A program made the position numbers and the translations under genes. This document shows, piece after piece, positions 29,485 to 40,980 of a stretch of DNA of 64,000 nucleotides. This stretch comes from a bacterium (lineage in GTDB: Bacteria > UBA8248 > JACPRG01 > G963555815). The notes below the pieces were generated by a model. The model was not told the DNA's origin and made no database searches. It was given only the letters and a program-made list of their open reading frames with translations. Positions within the stretch are counted from its first letter, which is position 1. Every line of letters begins with the position of its first letter. The stretch spans positions 3,808,001-3,872,000 of the forward strand of contig OZ244653.1 in NCBI GenBank assembly GCA_965218795.1. Reading direction: 5' to 3'.

Positions 29485-30388
29485 ATGATCAGTCGCAAGG
29501 TCCGCTGGTCCTTGCAGGCTTGCGTTGTCATGGTCGCCTTGGCGATTTTTCCTCTCCCATCCGGGGGGCACCACGTAACGAGGTTTGCCTGCACCTGGAT
29601 GCAGGTCGGGAAGAATTTGGTCAATGGCTATCGCGCGTTACGCTGATCGTGAAACCGCCTGAAGCGTCTTTCACCTCGACGGACCTGCATCAATCGGGAA
29701 AAAATCGAAAAGACACATAAAAGTCTGGCGGGTTTTACACATCACTTTCAGGTCTTCGTTGAGGATACCCGTCTCAGGGAGCCGGTCCCGATACTGGCTG
29801 TCACGCTGTCACGCTGTCGGCGCGAGGAGAGGGAGAGGACTGGAAGGACTTCCCGATGGAGCCGAGGTTCGGGGAAAGGGGGTTTCACTATGGGGGCAAC
29901 GTTCGGCTGGACCGTCGGGGGGCGCATGAAATGGTTGTGATGCTGGAGCCCGAGAGGATGCCCTGAGCGCCCTTTCCAGGAGGCGGGAAGAATATTTTCG
30001 GAAGAGAGAGGCCAGGTTTGAATTTGAATACGGCTACCAGGGACTCAAAGAGTTGATGGGTGATATATACCGAAGGTTCGCCGCTCTCGCCGGTCCCCTG
30101 ATGGAGCTCGATTTGCCGGATCCTGCCGGCAGAGAGGTGATTCAGGCTGTCGCCAGGCGGGCGAGACGTTTGGATCGGATGGCTGAATTGATACCTGCTC
30201 TGAGGGTAGGCGCAGAGCAGGGTAAATTCGTCGAGTTGTCGGAGAAGCTCAAGGGAGATACGGGAGAACTCGTGGCCGCCCTGGATCGGGGGGAAGTGGA
30301 CAAGGCCGTTCGGGCGTTGGTGGATGTATGGCAATCCTGCGGTTCCTGTCACAAACTTTTTCGGGATGGAGAGTTTGCCGGAAGATAG
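29485..30388 (+). pseudogene. Multiply frameshifted secreted fusion: P19/Tpd-like iron-transport domain plus class II cytochrome c
   Basis: RBS, ATG 29485 and signal peptide; THHFQVFVED, GFHYGGNVRL, C-terminal SCGSCHKLFR; four insertions (+2,+1,+8,+2) whose removal gives 296 aa. Confidence 0.7.
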
Positions 30389-30493
30389 GGGAAACAGACG
30401 AATTGTTGGAATTGTCCTCTTGACCATCTTGCTAACGAATTGGCTAACAAACAGATTGATGGTTTCGACGGACCGGATGGGATCGTTCGGTGC

Positions 30494-30630
30494 GGATTCC
30501 CGTTGCAGCCTGCCCTCGAATGTTCCCCGCTTACTGCCTGCGGGGACAAGCTCAGTCGGGGAAGGGAATGACAAGACGGGGGAGGCTGCATGATCCTGCT
30601 TCTGTCATTCCTGCGCAAGCAGGAATCCAG
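30494..30630. repeat. Inverted pair of REP-like palindromes, the first carrying nested insertions
   Basis: GGATTCCCG...GGGAATGACA (30494-30573) and TGTCATTCCTGCGCAAGCAGGAATCCAG (30603-30630). Confidence 0.75.
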
Positions 30631-30853
30631 GGAGGGGGTCAGCGGGCAGGTTGCCACAGGAAGCCGGGGGCAGGGCCTCCGATACGTTACCCGGTTCGCG
30701 CGTCAACTCCAGAACGCTCAGTCGATGCTCGGTCGGCTCGCCGCCGCGCGCTTCCCATCACCTTTAACCTTTGATACGGTTCGTCCCATGACGGCCTCCA
30801 TTCAGTATGAAATAGAACGGAAAGAAGGTTAAGCGGACAGTTCAGGTGATCTG

Positions 30854-30950
30854 TAACCGTTTGATATGGTTTACTCTACTTGATTATCAATCATTGACCG
30901 ATAATAAATAAGTCAAAAAACTTGACAATAATCCACTAAGATTATAAATT
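30854..30950 (+). promoter_or_regulatory. AT-rich promoter region of clpB-dnaK operon with IHF-like site and HAIR-like operator
   Basis: TTGACA(30922)-N17-TAAATT; CTTGACA-N7-ACTAAG resembles HAIR; TTGAC-N13-GTCAA; minus-strand TATCAAACGGTTA (30854-30866) matches the IHF consensus. Confidence 0.6.
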
Positions 30951-31149
30951 CAATCCAACAATAACAGTAGTCGTCCTGCCTCCGACCAGTATCGACGAGT
31001 CTTGCCCAATGGATTCATCGACGGGAAGGCCAAAAGCGGCATCAAGACCCCTTTTAGGAGAGGACTCCCGGCTCGATTCGGCATGAATTCGGTGGACGAA
31101 TGACAGAAATGCCCCGCCTACCGTAACTTGGCGGTAAAGGAAATCCGTA

Positions 31150-33810
31150 ATGCGCATGGATCGTTTGACCATCAAGGCGCAAGAGGCGCTCCAGGAGGCT
31201 CGGTCTCAGGCTGAAGCCGCGGGCCACCAGGCTGTTGAGCCTGAACACCTGTTGCGAGTCCTCCTGCTCCAGCCCGAAGGCGCTGTCCCGGCAGTTCTCA
31301 TCCGGATCGGGGTAGCGCCGCATGAGGCGGGGGCCGAACTCGACAAGGCCCTGGAAAAGCTTCCTCATGTTTCCGGAGGTGAAACCGGGTACATATCTCC
31401 CCGGCTCAAGAAGGTTCTGGAGGCCGGCTTCAAGGAAGCAGCCGGAATGAAGGACGAATTCGTCAGCGTTGAGCATCTGCTGATCGCCCTTTCCGACCAG
31501 GCGGGCGGCGATGCGTCCGGCATCTTGCAATCCAAGGGGGTGACGCGCGACCGGATTCTCGAAGCCCTCTCGGACATCCGGGGGACTCAGCGGGTCACCG
31601 ACCAGAATCCCGAGGAGAAGTATCAAGCGCTCGAACGCTACAGCCGCGACCTGACCGACTTGGCCAGGCGGGGAAAACTCGACCCGGTCATCGGCCGGGA
31701 GGAGGAAGAGCGGCGCGTTATGCAGGTTTTGTCCAGGAGGATGAAGAACAATCCTGTGCTGATCGGCGAGCCCGGGGTGGGTAAGACCGCAATCGTCGAA
31801 GGAATCGCTCAGAGGATTGTCAACGGCGACGTTCCCGAATCCCTGAAACACAAGCGTCTGGTTGCGCTGGACATGGGAGCCCTGATCGCGGGGGCCAAGT
31901 ACCGCGGTGAGTTCGAGGACCGGCTCAAGGCCGTCCTGAAGGAGGTCACTGAAGCCGGCGGCCGGATCATCCTGTTCATCGACGAGCTTCACACCGTGGT
32001 CGGCGCGGGCGCCGCAGAGGGCGCGGTGGATGCCTCCAACATGCTGAAGCCGGCCCTGGCGCGGGGGGAGCTTCGCTGTGTTGGCGCCACGACCCTGGAT
32101 GAGTACAGGAAGCACCTGGAGAAGGATGCCGCGTTGGAGCGCCGTTTTCTGCCCATCCTTGTGGCCGAGCCCTCGGTGCAGGACACCATCTCCATCCTCC
32201 GCGGTCTCCGGGAGAAGTACGAGGTCCATCACGGCGTTCGAATTCACGACGGCGCGCTTGTCGCCGCGGCGAACTTGTCGAACCGGTACATCAGCGATCG
32301 TTTCCTGCCCGACAAGGCGGTGGACCTGGTGGACGAGGCGGCCTCCCGGCTGCGGATTGAGATCGACAGCATGCCGTCACCCATTGACGAGGTCGAACGC
32401 CGCGTCCGGACGCTGGAGATCGAGAAAGAGGCCCTCCGCCGGGAGGAAGATCCCGAATCGATCGAGCGTCGGCAAGTCCTCGATGGGGAGCTGGAGGGGC
32501 TGCGTGTTCGAAGCGAGCAAATGCGGGCCCGCTGGCTTCGGGAAAAGGACCTGATCGGCGGCATTCGCGATCTGAAGGCCAGGATCGAAGAAGCGCGGGT
32601 GGAGGAGGAACAGGCGGAGCGTTCCGGCGACCTGGGCCGGGCTGCCGAACTCCGCTACGGCGTGATCGCGGACCTGCAAAAGGAATTGGCAACGGCCCGG
32701 GAAAAGCTCGATTTGGCCCAATCCGATCGGGCCATGCTCAAGGAGGACGTGGACGAGGAAGAAATCGCCGAGGTTGTCAGCAAGTGGACCGGGATTCCGG
32801 TTGCGAGGATGCTTGAGGGCGAGAAAGACAAACTCGTCCACATGGAAGCCCGGGTCATGGAGCGGGTGGTCGGACAGGATGAGGCGGTCCGGGCCGTCAG
32901 CAGCGCCGTTCGTCGGTCGCGGTCGGGACTCTCCGACCCCAACCGCCCGATCGGGTCCTTCATCTTCGTTGGACCGACGGGCGTCGGGAAAACGGAGCTG
33001 GCCCGCTCGCTGGCGCACTTCCTGTTTGACGACGAGCGGGCGATGGTCCGCATCGATATGTCGGAATACACGGAAAAGCATACGGTCGCCCGAATGCTGG
33101 GCGCGCCCCCCGGGTATGTCGGTTACGAGGAAGGCGGTCAGCTGACCGAGGCGGTCCGGCGCCGGCCGTACAGTGTGGTCCTGTTCGATGAGATCGAGAA
33201 GGCTCATCCGGAAGTATTCAATGTTCTGCTTCAGTTGCTCGAGGACGGTCGGCTGACCGACAGCCACGGACATACTGTGGACTTCCGAAACACGGTTGTC
33301 ATCATGACCAGCAATATCGGAAGCGACCTTATCCAGGAACTGGTTCCCCTGGGTGACGCGGCCCGGGTGGAGATGGAGGCGCGGGTGGAGGGAGCCCTCC
33401 GGTCGGCGTTCCGGCCGGAATTTCTGAATCGGGTGGACAACATCATTTTCTTCCGCAGCCTGACGCCCGAGAACCTTCAGGCGATCGTGGACATTCAGAT
33501 TGATCGGTTCCGCGACAGGCTGGCGGAGCGAAAGATGGAGTTGATCCTGACAGACGGGGCCAGGGGGCTGATCGCCCGGGAAGGGTTCGATCCCGGCTTT
33601 GGCGCCCGGCCCTTGAAGCGGGCCATCCAGCGGATGCTGGAAGACCCGCTTTCCATGAAGCTGCTGGAAGGTGGGATCCGCCCGGGAGACGCGCTCCGAG
33701 CGGATGCGGCGGAAAACGGAAGTTCCCTGGACTTCAGCCCGATCGCCAGGAAGGACAGGGCGGAGGCGGGCAAAGAGACCGAAGCGGCCGAAGCCGTCGG
33801 CACCGAGTGA
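31150..33810 (+). CDS. clpB: ATP-dependent chaperone ClpB
   Basis: Two AAA+ modules ([16 protein letters not shown]) with middle coiled coil. Confidence 0.98.
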   Translation: MRMDRLTIKAQEALQEARSQAEAAGHQAVEPEHLLRVLLLQPEGAVPAVLIRIGVAPHEAGAELDKALEKLPHVSGGETGYISPRLKKVLEAGFKEAAGMKDEFVSVEHLLIALSDQAGGDASGILQSKGVTRDRILEALSDIRGTQRVTDQNPEEKYQALERYSRDLTDLARRGKLDPVIGREEEERRVMQVLSRRMKNNPVLIGEPGVGKTAIVEGIAQRIVNGDVPESLKHKRLVALDMGALIAGAKYRGEFEDRLKAVLKEVTEAGGRIILFIDELHTVVGAGAAEGAVDASNMLKPALARGELRCVGATTLDEYRKHLEKDAALERRFLPILVAEPSVQDTISILRGLREKYEVHHGVRIHDGALVAAANLSNRYISDRFLPDKAVDLVDEAASRLRIEIDSMPSPIDEVERRVRTLEIEKEALRREEDPESIERRQVLDGELEGLRVRSEQMRARWLREKDLIGGIRDLKARIEEARVEEEQAERSGDLGRAAELRYGVIADLQKELATAREKLDLAQSDRAMLKEDVDEEEIAEVVSKWTGIPVARMLEGEKDKLVHMEARVMERVVGQDEAVRAVSSAVRRSRSGLSDPNRPIGSFIFVGPTGVGKTELARSLAHFLFDDERAMVRIDMSEYTEKHTVARMLGAPPGYVGYEEGGQLTEAVRRRPYSVVLFDEIEKAHPEVFNVLLQLLEDGRLTDSHGHTVDFRNTVVIMTSNIGSDLIQELVPLGDAARVEMEARVEGALRSAFRPEFLNRVDNIIFFRSLTPENLQAIVDIQIDRFRDRLAERKMELILTDGARGLIAREGFDPGFGARPLKRAIQRMLEDPLSMKLLEGGIRPGDALRADAAENGSSLDFSPIARKDRAEAGKETEAAEAVGTE

Positions 33811-33895
33811 GGTTGGCGTGCGGCGGTCGTTGGATGAACATGCATGGGCCGGACGAAACGGCCGAACGGATTGGATGGAAGGAGGAGCATAGATC

Positions 33896-35809
33896 ATGAG
33901 CAAGATCATCGGGATCGACCTGGGAACGACCAACTCTGTGGTTTCGGTCATGGAGGGGGGCGACGCCACGGTCATCACGAACGCCGAGGGGAGCCGTATC
34001 ACCCCGTCCGTCGTCGCCTTCACCAGAGAAGGCGAAAGGCTGGTGGGTCAGGTCGCGAAGCGTCAGGCCATCACCAACCCCACGAACACCGTTTATTCGA
34101 TTAAGCGTTTCATGGGCAGGCGTTACGGGGAGGTGGGCCGCGAGATTGAGGAGGTCCCCTATCAGGTTGTGCGGAGCTCCAACGGCGACGCCCGGGTCGA
34201 AATCTCGGGACAAGAGAACTCCCCGCCGGAAATCTCGGCCCTGGTTCTCCAGAAGCTCAAGAGCTCGGCTGAGGATTATCTGGGCCAGCCCGTAACGGAA
34301 GCCGTCATCACGGTCCCCGCGTATTTCAACGACAGCCAGCGGCAGGCCACCAAGGACGCCGGGAAAATCGCGGGACTGGATGTCAAGCGGATCATCAACG
34401 AGCCCACCGCGGCCGCGTTGGCCTATGGCCTGGACAAGAAAAAGGACGAGACCATCGCCGTGTTCGACTTTGGCGGCGGTACGTTCGATATCTCCATCCT
34501 CGAGGTCGGGGACAACGTCGTGGAAGTGAAGGCGACCCATGGCGATACCCACCTGGGCGGGGATGATCTGGATCAGCGCGTGATCGATTGGCTGGTCGAT
34601 GAGTTCAAGAAGGACCAGGGCATTGATCTCAGCACCGATCCCATGGCCCTCCAGCGTCTGAAAGAGGGGGCCGAGAAGGCCAAGGTCGAGCTCTCGACCA
34701 CCTCGGAAACGGACATCAACCTTCCCTTCGTCACGGCCGATCAGTCCGGTCCAAAGCACTTGAACATCAAGCTGAGCCGGTCGAAGTTCGAGCAGCTCGT
34801 GATGGATTTGCTGGAGCGGACACTGGAGCCCTGCCGGATGGCTTTGAAGGATGCGGAGTTGGACCCCAACCAGATCGATGAGGTCGTTCTGGTGGGAGGC
34901 TCCACCCGTATCCCGAAAGTCCAGGAGCTGGTCAAGGGGCTGTTCGGAAGGGAACCGCATAAGGGCGTCAACGCGGATGAGGTCGTTGCTGTGGGCGCGG
35001 CCATCCAGGGCGGCGTTCTCGCCGGGGACGTCAAGGACGTCCTGTTGCTGGACGTGACGCCCCTCACCCTGGGCATCGAGACGCTGGGCGGAGTGCGGAC
35101 GGCCCTCATCGAGCGGAATACCACCATCCCGACCCGCAAGACGCAGACCTTCTCGACCGCGGCGGATAATCAGACCAGCGTGGAGATCCACGTGTTGCAG
35201 GGCGAGCGCGAGATGGCGAACGACAACCGCTCGCTGGGCAAGTTTCATCTGGTGGGCATCCCGCCGGCGCCTCGGGGCATGCCGCAAATCGAGGTCACCT
35301 TCGACATCGACGCCAACGGGATCCTGAACGTCTCGGCCAAGGACGTCGCCACGGCAAAGGAGCAGGCCATCACCATCACGAGTTCCAGCGGACTGGCCGG
35401 CGATGAGATCGACCGGATGGTCAATGACGCCGAGGCCCACGCCGAAGAAGACAAGAATCGGCGGGAGCTGATCGATCTGCGCAATCAGACGGACTCGCTC
35501 GTCTACCAGACGGAGAAGACCCTGAGCGAGAACAAGGACAAGGTCCCGGCCGAGGACGTGAGCCATCTGGAGGCGGCGATTGCCGAAACCAAGAAGGCGC
35601 TCGATGGTGAGAAGAGGGAGACCATTGAGCGGGCCCGCGACAATTTGATGCAGGCGAGCCACAAGCTCGCGGAGGTCCTGTACAAGCAGACGGCCGAGTC
35701 CGGTCAGGCCGCGGACGGAGCCGATGGGGCCGGTCCGACGGACGGCGCCGGGCCCGAACAGGAAGAGGAAGTCGTGGACGCCGAGTTTGAGGATACGGAC
35801 AAGAAATAA
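33896..35809 (+). CDS. dnaK: Chaperone DnaK
   Basis: [26 protein letters not shown]. Confidence 0.99.
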   Translation: MSKIIGIDLGTTNSVVSVMEGGDATVITNAEGSRITPSVVAFTREGERLVGQVAKRQAITNPTNTVYSIKRFMGRRYGEVGREIEEVPYQVVRSSNGDARVEISGQENSPPEISALVLQKLKSSAEDYLGQPVTEAVITVPAYFNDSQRQATKDAGKIAGLDVKRIINEPTAAALAYGLDKKKDETIAVFDFGGGTFDISILEVGDNVVEVKATHGDTHLGGDDLDQRVIDWLVDEFKKDQGIDLSTDPMALQRLKEGAEKAKVELSTTSETDINLPFVTADQSGPKHLNIKLSRSKFEQLVMDLLERTLEPCRMALKDAELDPNQIDEVVLVGGSTRIPKVQELVKGLFGREPHKGVNADEVVAVGAAIQGGVLAGDVKDVLLLDVTPLTLGIETLGGVRTALIERNTTIPTRKTQTFSTAADNQTSVEIHVLQGEREMANDNRSLGKFHLVGIPPAPRGMPQIEVTFDIDANGILNVSAKDVATAKEQAITITSSSGLAGDEIDRMVNDAEAHAEEDKNRRELIDLRNQTDSLVYQTEKTLSENKDKVPAEDVSHLEAAIAETKKALDGEKRETIERARDNLMQASHKLAEVLYKQTAESGQAADGADGAGPTDGAGPEQEEEVVDAEFEDTDKK

Positions 35810-35893
35810 GCGGAAGCCGGAGTGTCACGCGCGCGTCTTCCGAATCGGACGGGATTCGCGCCTGGCGGACGCCGGGCCGCGGCCAGGTGGTGA

Positions 35894-36871
<978 letters not shown>

Positions 36872-36875
36872 AGCG

Positions 36876-37292
36876 ATGAATCAGAGCGGGCGCCAAGAAC
36901 TTTTCACCATTCGGATAGTGGCTGAAATGCTGGAGGTTCATCAGCAAACCCTGCGGATCTACGAACGCGAAGGGTTGATCACGCCTGAGCGGACCCCCGG
37001 GAATACCCGGATGTACTCCCGCCAGGATATCGAACGTCTGAAGACCATTTTGAACTTGACCCGGGAGCTGGGGGTCAATCTGGCGGGCGTCCAGGTCATC
37101 CTCAACCTCATCGGGCGGATCGAGGAGCAGCAGGGGCGTATGGAAGAAATGAAGGAGTTCATCCGCCAGGAGATGTGGGTCATCCTGAAGGAAAAGTACG
37201 GGCAGGGAGAACACGGAGAAACCTCGACCTCCACGGCTCTGACACCGGTGGCCCCCCAGGGGGTCGTGCGATTCCAAGGGGGACGCCGCTGA
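36876..37292 (+). CDS. hspR: MerR-family heat-shock repressor HspR
   Basis: VHQQTLRIYEREGLI.P.RT.GNTRMYS, LGVNLAGV; located in dnaK operon. Confidence 0.88.
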   Translation: MNQSGRQELFTIRIVAEMLEVHQQTLRIYEREGLITPERTPGNTRMYSRQDIERLKTILNLTRELGVNLAGVQVILNLIGRIEEQQGRMEEMKEFIRQEMWVILKEKYGQGEHGETSTSTALTPVAPQGVVRFQGGRR

Positions 37293-37570
37293 TGATCAAC
37301 CAGGTCAAAACGACGGTTCTGCTAGCTGCGCTGACGGCCTTGATTCTCCTGATTGGAAGCTGGCTGGGCGGCTCTGGAGGCCTGATCCTGGCGTTCGGCT
37401 TTGCGGTCTTCATGAACGTGGGGGCTTATTGGTATTCGGACAAGATCGTCCTGCACGCCTACCACGCGCAGCCGGTCTCCGAGACCCAGGCTCCCGAGAT
37501 CCACGCCCTGTTCAGCACCCACCCGCCCATGAAAAAACGAATCTCACGTCTTTTGGGCTTGGCGGCTTGA
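37292..37570 (+). pseudogene. htpX: HtpX protease remnant with in-frame internal deletion (92 aa)
   Basis: HtpX N-terminus (NQVKTTVLLAALT...YWYSDKIVL) joined directly to C-terminus (LFSTHPP..KRI.RL); no HExxH. Confidence 0.85.
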
Positions 37571-37616
37571 CCTTTTTGTCGGGCGCCGAGCTTGGGTTGG
37601 AGAGGACTCAAGGAAA

Positions 37617-38255
37617 ATGACAGGTAAGGAACAGGAATCTCAACCAAAGGTCTCCGTCGTCGACCGGAGGCATTGGGTGAAGGAAGATGGAGGCGAAGGA
37701 ACCGATCCGCAAGCCCCTTCTCTCCAACCGACCTATATCGAAAAGCTCGAGGCCCGCTCGCGCGAGCAGGAGGAGTGCCTGAAGGAGTTCGTGGAGAAGC
37801 AGCAAGCCGAAAATGAGGCTTTTCGCGAGAGAATCCGCAAGGACGCCGAACGGCGCGCGGAAGATTCCATGGCGGCCTTGGTGGGCGAGTTCGTCGCGGT
37901 GCTGGACGATCTGGACCGCGCCCTGCAGAGCGGAAGGCAGGCGGAGAACCCTGATTCCGCCGGCGTTCTGGATGGAATCGAGATGGTGAAGGACCGTTTG
38001 GCCGGTCTCCTCAGAACTCACGGCCTGGAAACGGTTGAATGCAAGGGAGCGCCATTCGACCCCAACGTCCATGAGGCGGTCAGCGTCGTTTCCGTCGAGG
38101 ATCCTGAGATGGAAAATCGAGTGGTCGAAGAGGTCTTGCCGGGCTATCTACTCAAAGGCCGCCTGCTTCGGCCCGCTCGCGTGAACGTAGCCCAGCCAAC
38201 CCCACCGTCTCACAACGAGGACATCTCTGTTTCTCCGGATCATCAGGAAGGGTAA
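37617..38255 (+). CDS. grpE: Nucleotide exchange factor GrpE
   Basis: [32 protein letters not shown]. Confidence 0.95.
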   Translation: MTGKEQESQPKVSVVDRRHWVKEDGGEGTDPQAPSLQPTYIEKLEARSREQEECLKEFVEKQQAENEAFRERIRKDAERRAEDSMAALVGEFVAVLDDLDRALQSGRQAENPDSAGVLDGIEMVKDRLAGLLRTHGLETVECKGAPFDPNVHEAVSVVSVEDPEMENRVVEEVLPGYLLKGRLLRPARVNVAQPTPPSHNEDISVSPDHQEG

Positions 38256-39391
38256 TGCCCGAAAAACAGGACTACTACGAAATTCTCGGCGTCAACCGGG
38301 ATGCCGGCGAGCAAGAGATCAAGAAGGCCTACCGGCGGAAGGCCATGGAGAATCACCCGGACCGCAATCCGGGCGATCACGAAGCCGAAGAGCGCTTCAA
38401 GGCGGCCTCGGAGGCTTACGAGGTTCTCCGCGATCCGGAAAAGCGTCGGATATACAACCAGTTCGGCCATGAAGGGCTTGCCGGCACCGGATTCCAGGGC
38501 TTCGGCGGATTCGAGGACATCGCTTCGGCATTTGGAGACATCTTCGGCAATCTGTTCGGGATGGGGGGCGGTTCCGGCAGGCGGGGCCGGGGCGGCCCGC
38601 AGTCCGGCCGCGACCTCCGATACGACCTCACGCTCTCGTTCGAGGACGCCGCCCTCGGCACCGAAGTCAACCTCGAAATTCCCCGGCTGAAAACCTGCGA
38701 GACCTGCGCGGGCAGCGGGGCCAGGCCGGGGACCGGCCGTGTCACCTGCTCCACCTGCGGGGGATCTGGTCAGGTTCAGCATTCCCGCGGGTTTTTCTCC
38801 ATCGCCACGGCGTGCCCCCATTGCGAAGGCGCCGGGCAGACCCTCGAAGACCCGTGTAAGGATTGCGGAGGCGCCGGGCGCGTCGAGCATACGAAGGGTT
38901 TGAGCTTGAGGATGCCGGCGGGCATTGATACCGGAGGCCGCTTGCGGCTGCAGGGAGAGGGAGAGGACGGACCGGTCGGAGGCCCTCCGGGCGACCTCTA
39001 TGTGTATGTCGCCGTCGAGTCCCATCCGTTCTTCCAGCGCGACGGCAAGACTTTGTTTTGCCGGATGCCCGTTTCCTTCGCACTCGCCGCGCTCGGTGGA
39101 AAACTGGAGGTTCCCACCCTCAATGGGGAGCGTCGCGTCACGCTGCCCGAGGCCACCCAATCAGGAGAGCGGTTCCGCGTCCGCGGGTCGGGTATTGAGG
39201 ATGTGCACGGCGGTTCCCCCGGTGACCTGGTGGTCGAGGTATTTGTAGAAACACCCAAGAAGCTCTCTTCCAAGGCGCGAGAGCTGCTGGAAGAGCTCCG
39301 TGACATCGAAATGGCCGAGGCTGACGCGGCAGCCGGGAAAAGCGGAAAAGACGCCAAAGAGGGTTCCGGGAAATGGAAATTGTTCGGCTGA
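38255..39391 (+). CDS. dnaJ: Chaperone DnaJ (class A)
   Basis: HPD J-domain and four CxxCxGxG repeats. Confidence 0.97.
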   Translation: MPEKQDYYEILGVNRDAGEQEIKKAYRRKAMENHPDRNPGDHEAEERFKAASEAYEVLRDPEKRRIYNQFGHEGLAGTGFQGFGGFEDIASAFGDIFGNLFGMGGGSGRRGRGGPQSGRDLRYDLTLSFEDAALGTEVNLEIPRLKTCETCAGSGARPGTGRVTCSTCGGSGQVQHSRGFFSIATACPHCEGAGQTLEDPCKDCGGAGRVEHTKGLSLRMPAGIDTGGRLRLQGEGEDGPVGGPPGDLYVYVAVESHPFFQRDGKTLFCRMPVSFALAALGGKLEVPTLNGERRVTLPEATQSGERFRVRGSGIEDVHGGSPGDLVVEVFVETPKKLSSKARELLEELRDIEMAEADAAAGKSGKDAKEGSGKWKLFG

Positions 39392-39526
39392 GCCGGATTG
39401 CCGGAGACCGCGGGTGCAGGCGGGCTTTATCAATTTGCCATCCACAGGGCTGGGCATCCGGATAGTTGGAGTTTGGAAGACCCGGGCCGTTGCCGTTGCT
39501 CTGGTCTATCGAGGAGGGAGAGAGCC

Positions 39527-40003
39527 GTGGAGAACGACGAGGGGGAACCGAAAAAAGGATTCACCGTAACCGACCGGCGAATTGCCAAACGGGCCACGGA
39601 GAAGTCCGGCGGGGAAGAGGAATCGTACGAGGCGAAGGAAAGTCAGCCGGAGCGACAGCCCGAGCCTGAAGAACCCTTGCCCGAGCAGGCGCCCGAACCT
39701 GAGGAGCCGCGGTCGGATGCGTCCCCTGAATCCTCGACGGAGGAGGGCCAGCTCTCGAAGCCGGATTTTGCCGGGTTCGTTCTGTCTTTGGCCAACACGG
39801 CCATGTTGAATCTTGGGGTCATCCCGAACCCGATGGGCGGCGACACCGAGGTGAACATCGAAGGCGCCAGACAGATGATTGATATCCTGGAGATCCTCGA
39901 TGAGAAGACGCGGGGAAACCTGACTGAGGAAGAGGATCACCTGCTCAAGCAGATTCTTGCGGAGTTGCGGATGCAGTTTGTTGGAGTTGCGGGGAAATCT
40001 TAG
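39527..40003 (+). CDS. DUF1844 domain protein
   Basis: GFTVTDRR, FVLSL...LG..PNP, IDILEIL.EKTRGNLT.EE. Confidence 0.88.
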   Translation: MENDEGEPKKGFTVTDRRIAKRATEKSGGEEESYEAKESQPERQPEPEEPLPEQAPEPEEPRSDASPESSTEEGQLSKPDFAGFVLSLANTAMLNLGVIPNPMGGDTEVNIEGARQMIDILEILDEKTRGNLTEEEDHLLKQILAELRMQFVGVAGKS

Positions 40004-40119
40004 AATCGGGTTTGTCCCTGCGCTTTTGAAGACAATGGATGGGCCGGCGAAGGCCGGGGGTATGCGGCCCTGATGAAAAGTCTGAGAACCGAAACATCTG
40101 GAAGAGGGGGTTGATATTG

Positions 40120-40371
40120 ATGGCGGATCAATCGATGCTGACACAGGCGCTCGAGCGCGTTCAAAACCGCTTTCTTCTGACCAATGTTCTGGCCAAACGT
40201 ATTATGCAATTGCGGAAAGGTTCGGACCCGTTAATCGAAACGGATGAAAAAGATATAGAGACCATTGCGCTTCAGGAAATCGTCGAAGGGAAACTGAAAT
40301 GGGAGATGGGAGGTGGAGCCTTGCCTCCCGAGGAAGTCCAGGCCCCGATCGAAGAAACCGATGAAGGCTGA
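40120..40371 (+). CDS. rpoZ: RNA polymerase omega subunit
   Basis: NRFLL..LAKR..QL.KG, IALQEIVEGK. Confidence 0.88.
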   Translation: MADQSMLTQALERVQNRFLLTNVLAKRIMQLRKGSDPLIETDEKDIETIALQEIVEGKLKWEMGGGALPPEEVQAPIEETDEG

Positions 40372-40525
40372 AAAACGGACAATTTTCGTATTTGATGAAA
40401 GAAGAGCCTGAAGGGGGGAATTCCGTGCCTCCGCCCTGGAGGTCGTTTCTCCCCTTCCGGTTATTGATTCAGGTTTGCAGAAGACTCCTCCAGGCCTCCG
40501 CCGTTTCCAAAACCGAGCAAACTCC

Positions 40526-40554
40526 TTGATTTCTTTTGAGTTCTGAGTTATAAT
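40526..40554 (+). promoter_or_regulatory. Sigma70 promoter of HU/IHF gene
   Basis: TTGATT-N17-TATAAT. Confidence 0.65.
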
Positions 40555-40652
40555 CTCTTTACACCTTATAGAGAAGAGCCAAGTACCAGGGAGGGGTTGT
40601 CGCCCATCCAGGGTTGAGAAATGCCGGAATGGCTGCGGGGAGGAACATTTTC

Positions 40653-40955
40653 GTGACAAAGATAGAGATCATCAACCGGGTAGCGGAAAATACTGGATTG
40701 ACCAAGGTCAAAGCAGAGGAAGCCGTTGAGACGATCATCGATGTCGTCAAGGATACGCTGAGACAGGGCGAGCCGGTCATTTTGAGGCGTTTCGGCTCCT
40801 TCCGAGTACGGGCCAAGGCGGACCGGGTCGGCAGAAACCCCAAGACCGGCGAAGAAGCCCCGATTGCCGCGCGAAAAGTGGTGCGGTTCAAATCAGGCAA
40901 GCATTTCCGGGAAGCCGTGAACGGTCAGCTTTCATCGGCCTCATTCGAGCTTTAG
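40653..40955 (+). CDS. HU/IHF family DNA-binding protein
   Basis: TKIEII, FGSF, GRNPKTGE, VRFKSGK. Confidence 0.95.
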   Translation: MTKIEIINRVAENTGLTKVKAEEAVETIIDVVKDTLRQGEPVILRRFGSFRVRAKADRVGRNPKTGEEAPIAARKVVRFKSGKHFREAVNGQLSSASFEL

Positions 40956-40980
40956 GCCCGACGGAATCGGGACTTCCATC

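Noticed and set aside
30420-30452. TGCTAA/GGCTAA repeats as a CIRCE element
   Set aside because: They are direct repeats and lack the TTAGCACTC-N9-GAGTGCTAA inverted form
32377-35662. Long antisense ORFs (548 and 642 aa) opposite clpB and dnaK, and similar ones elsewhere
   Set aside because: Shadow frames expected from GC-rich codon bias opposite conserved genes; no recognisable motifs
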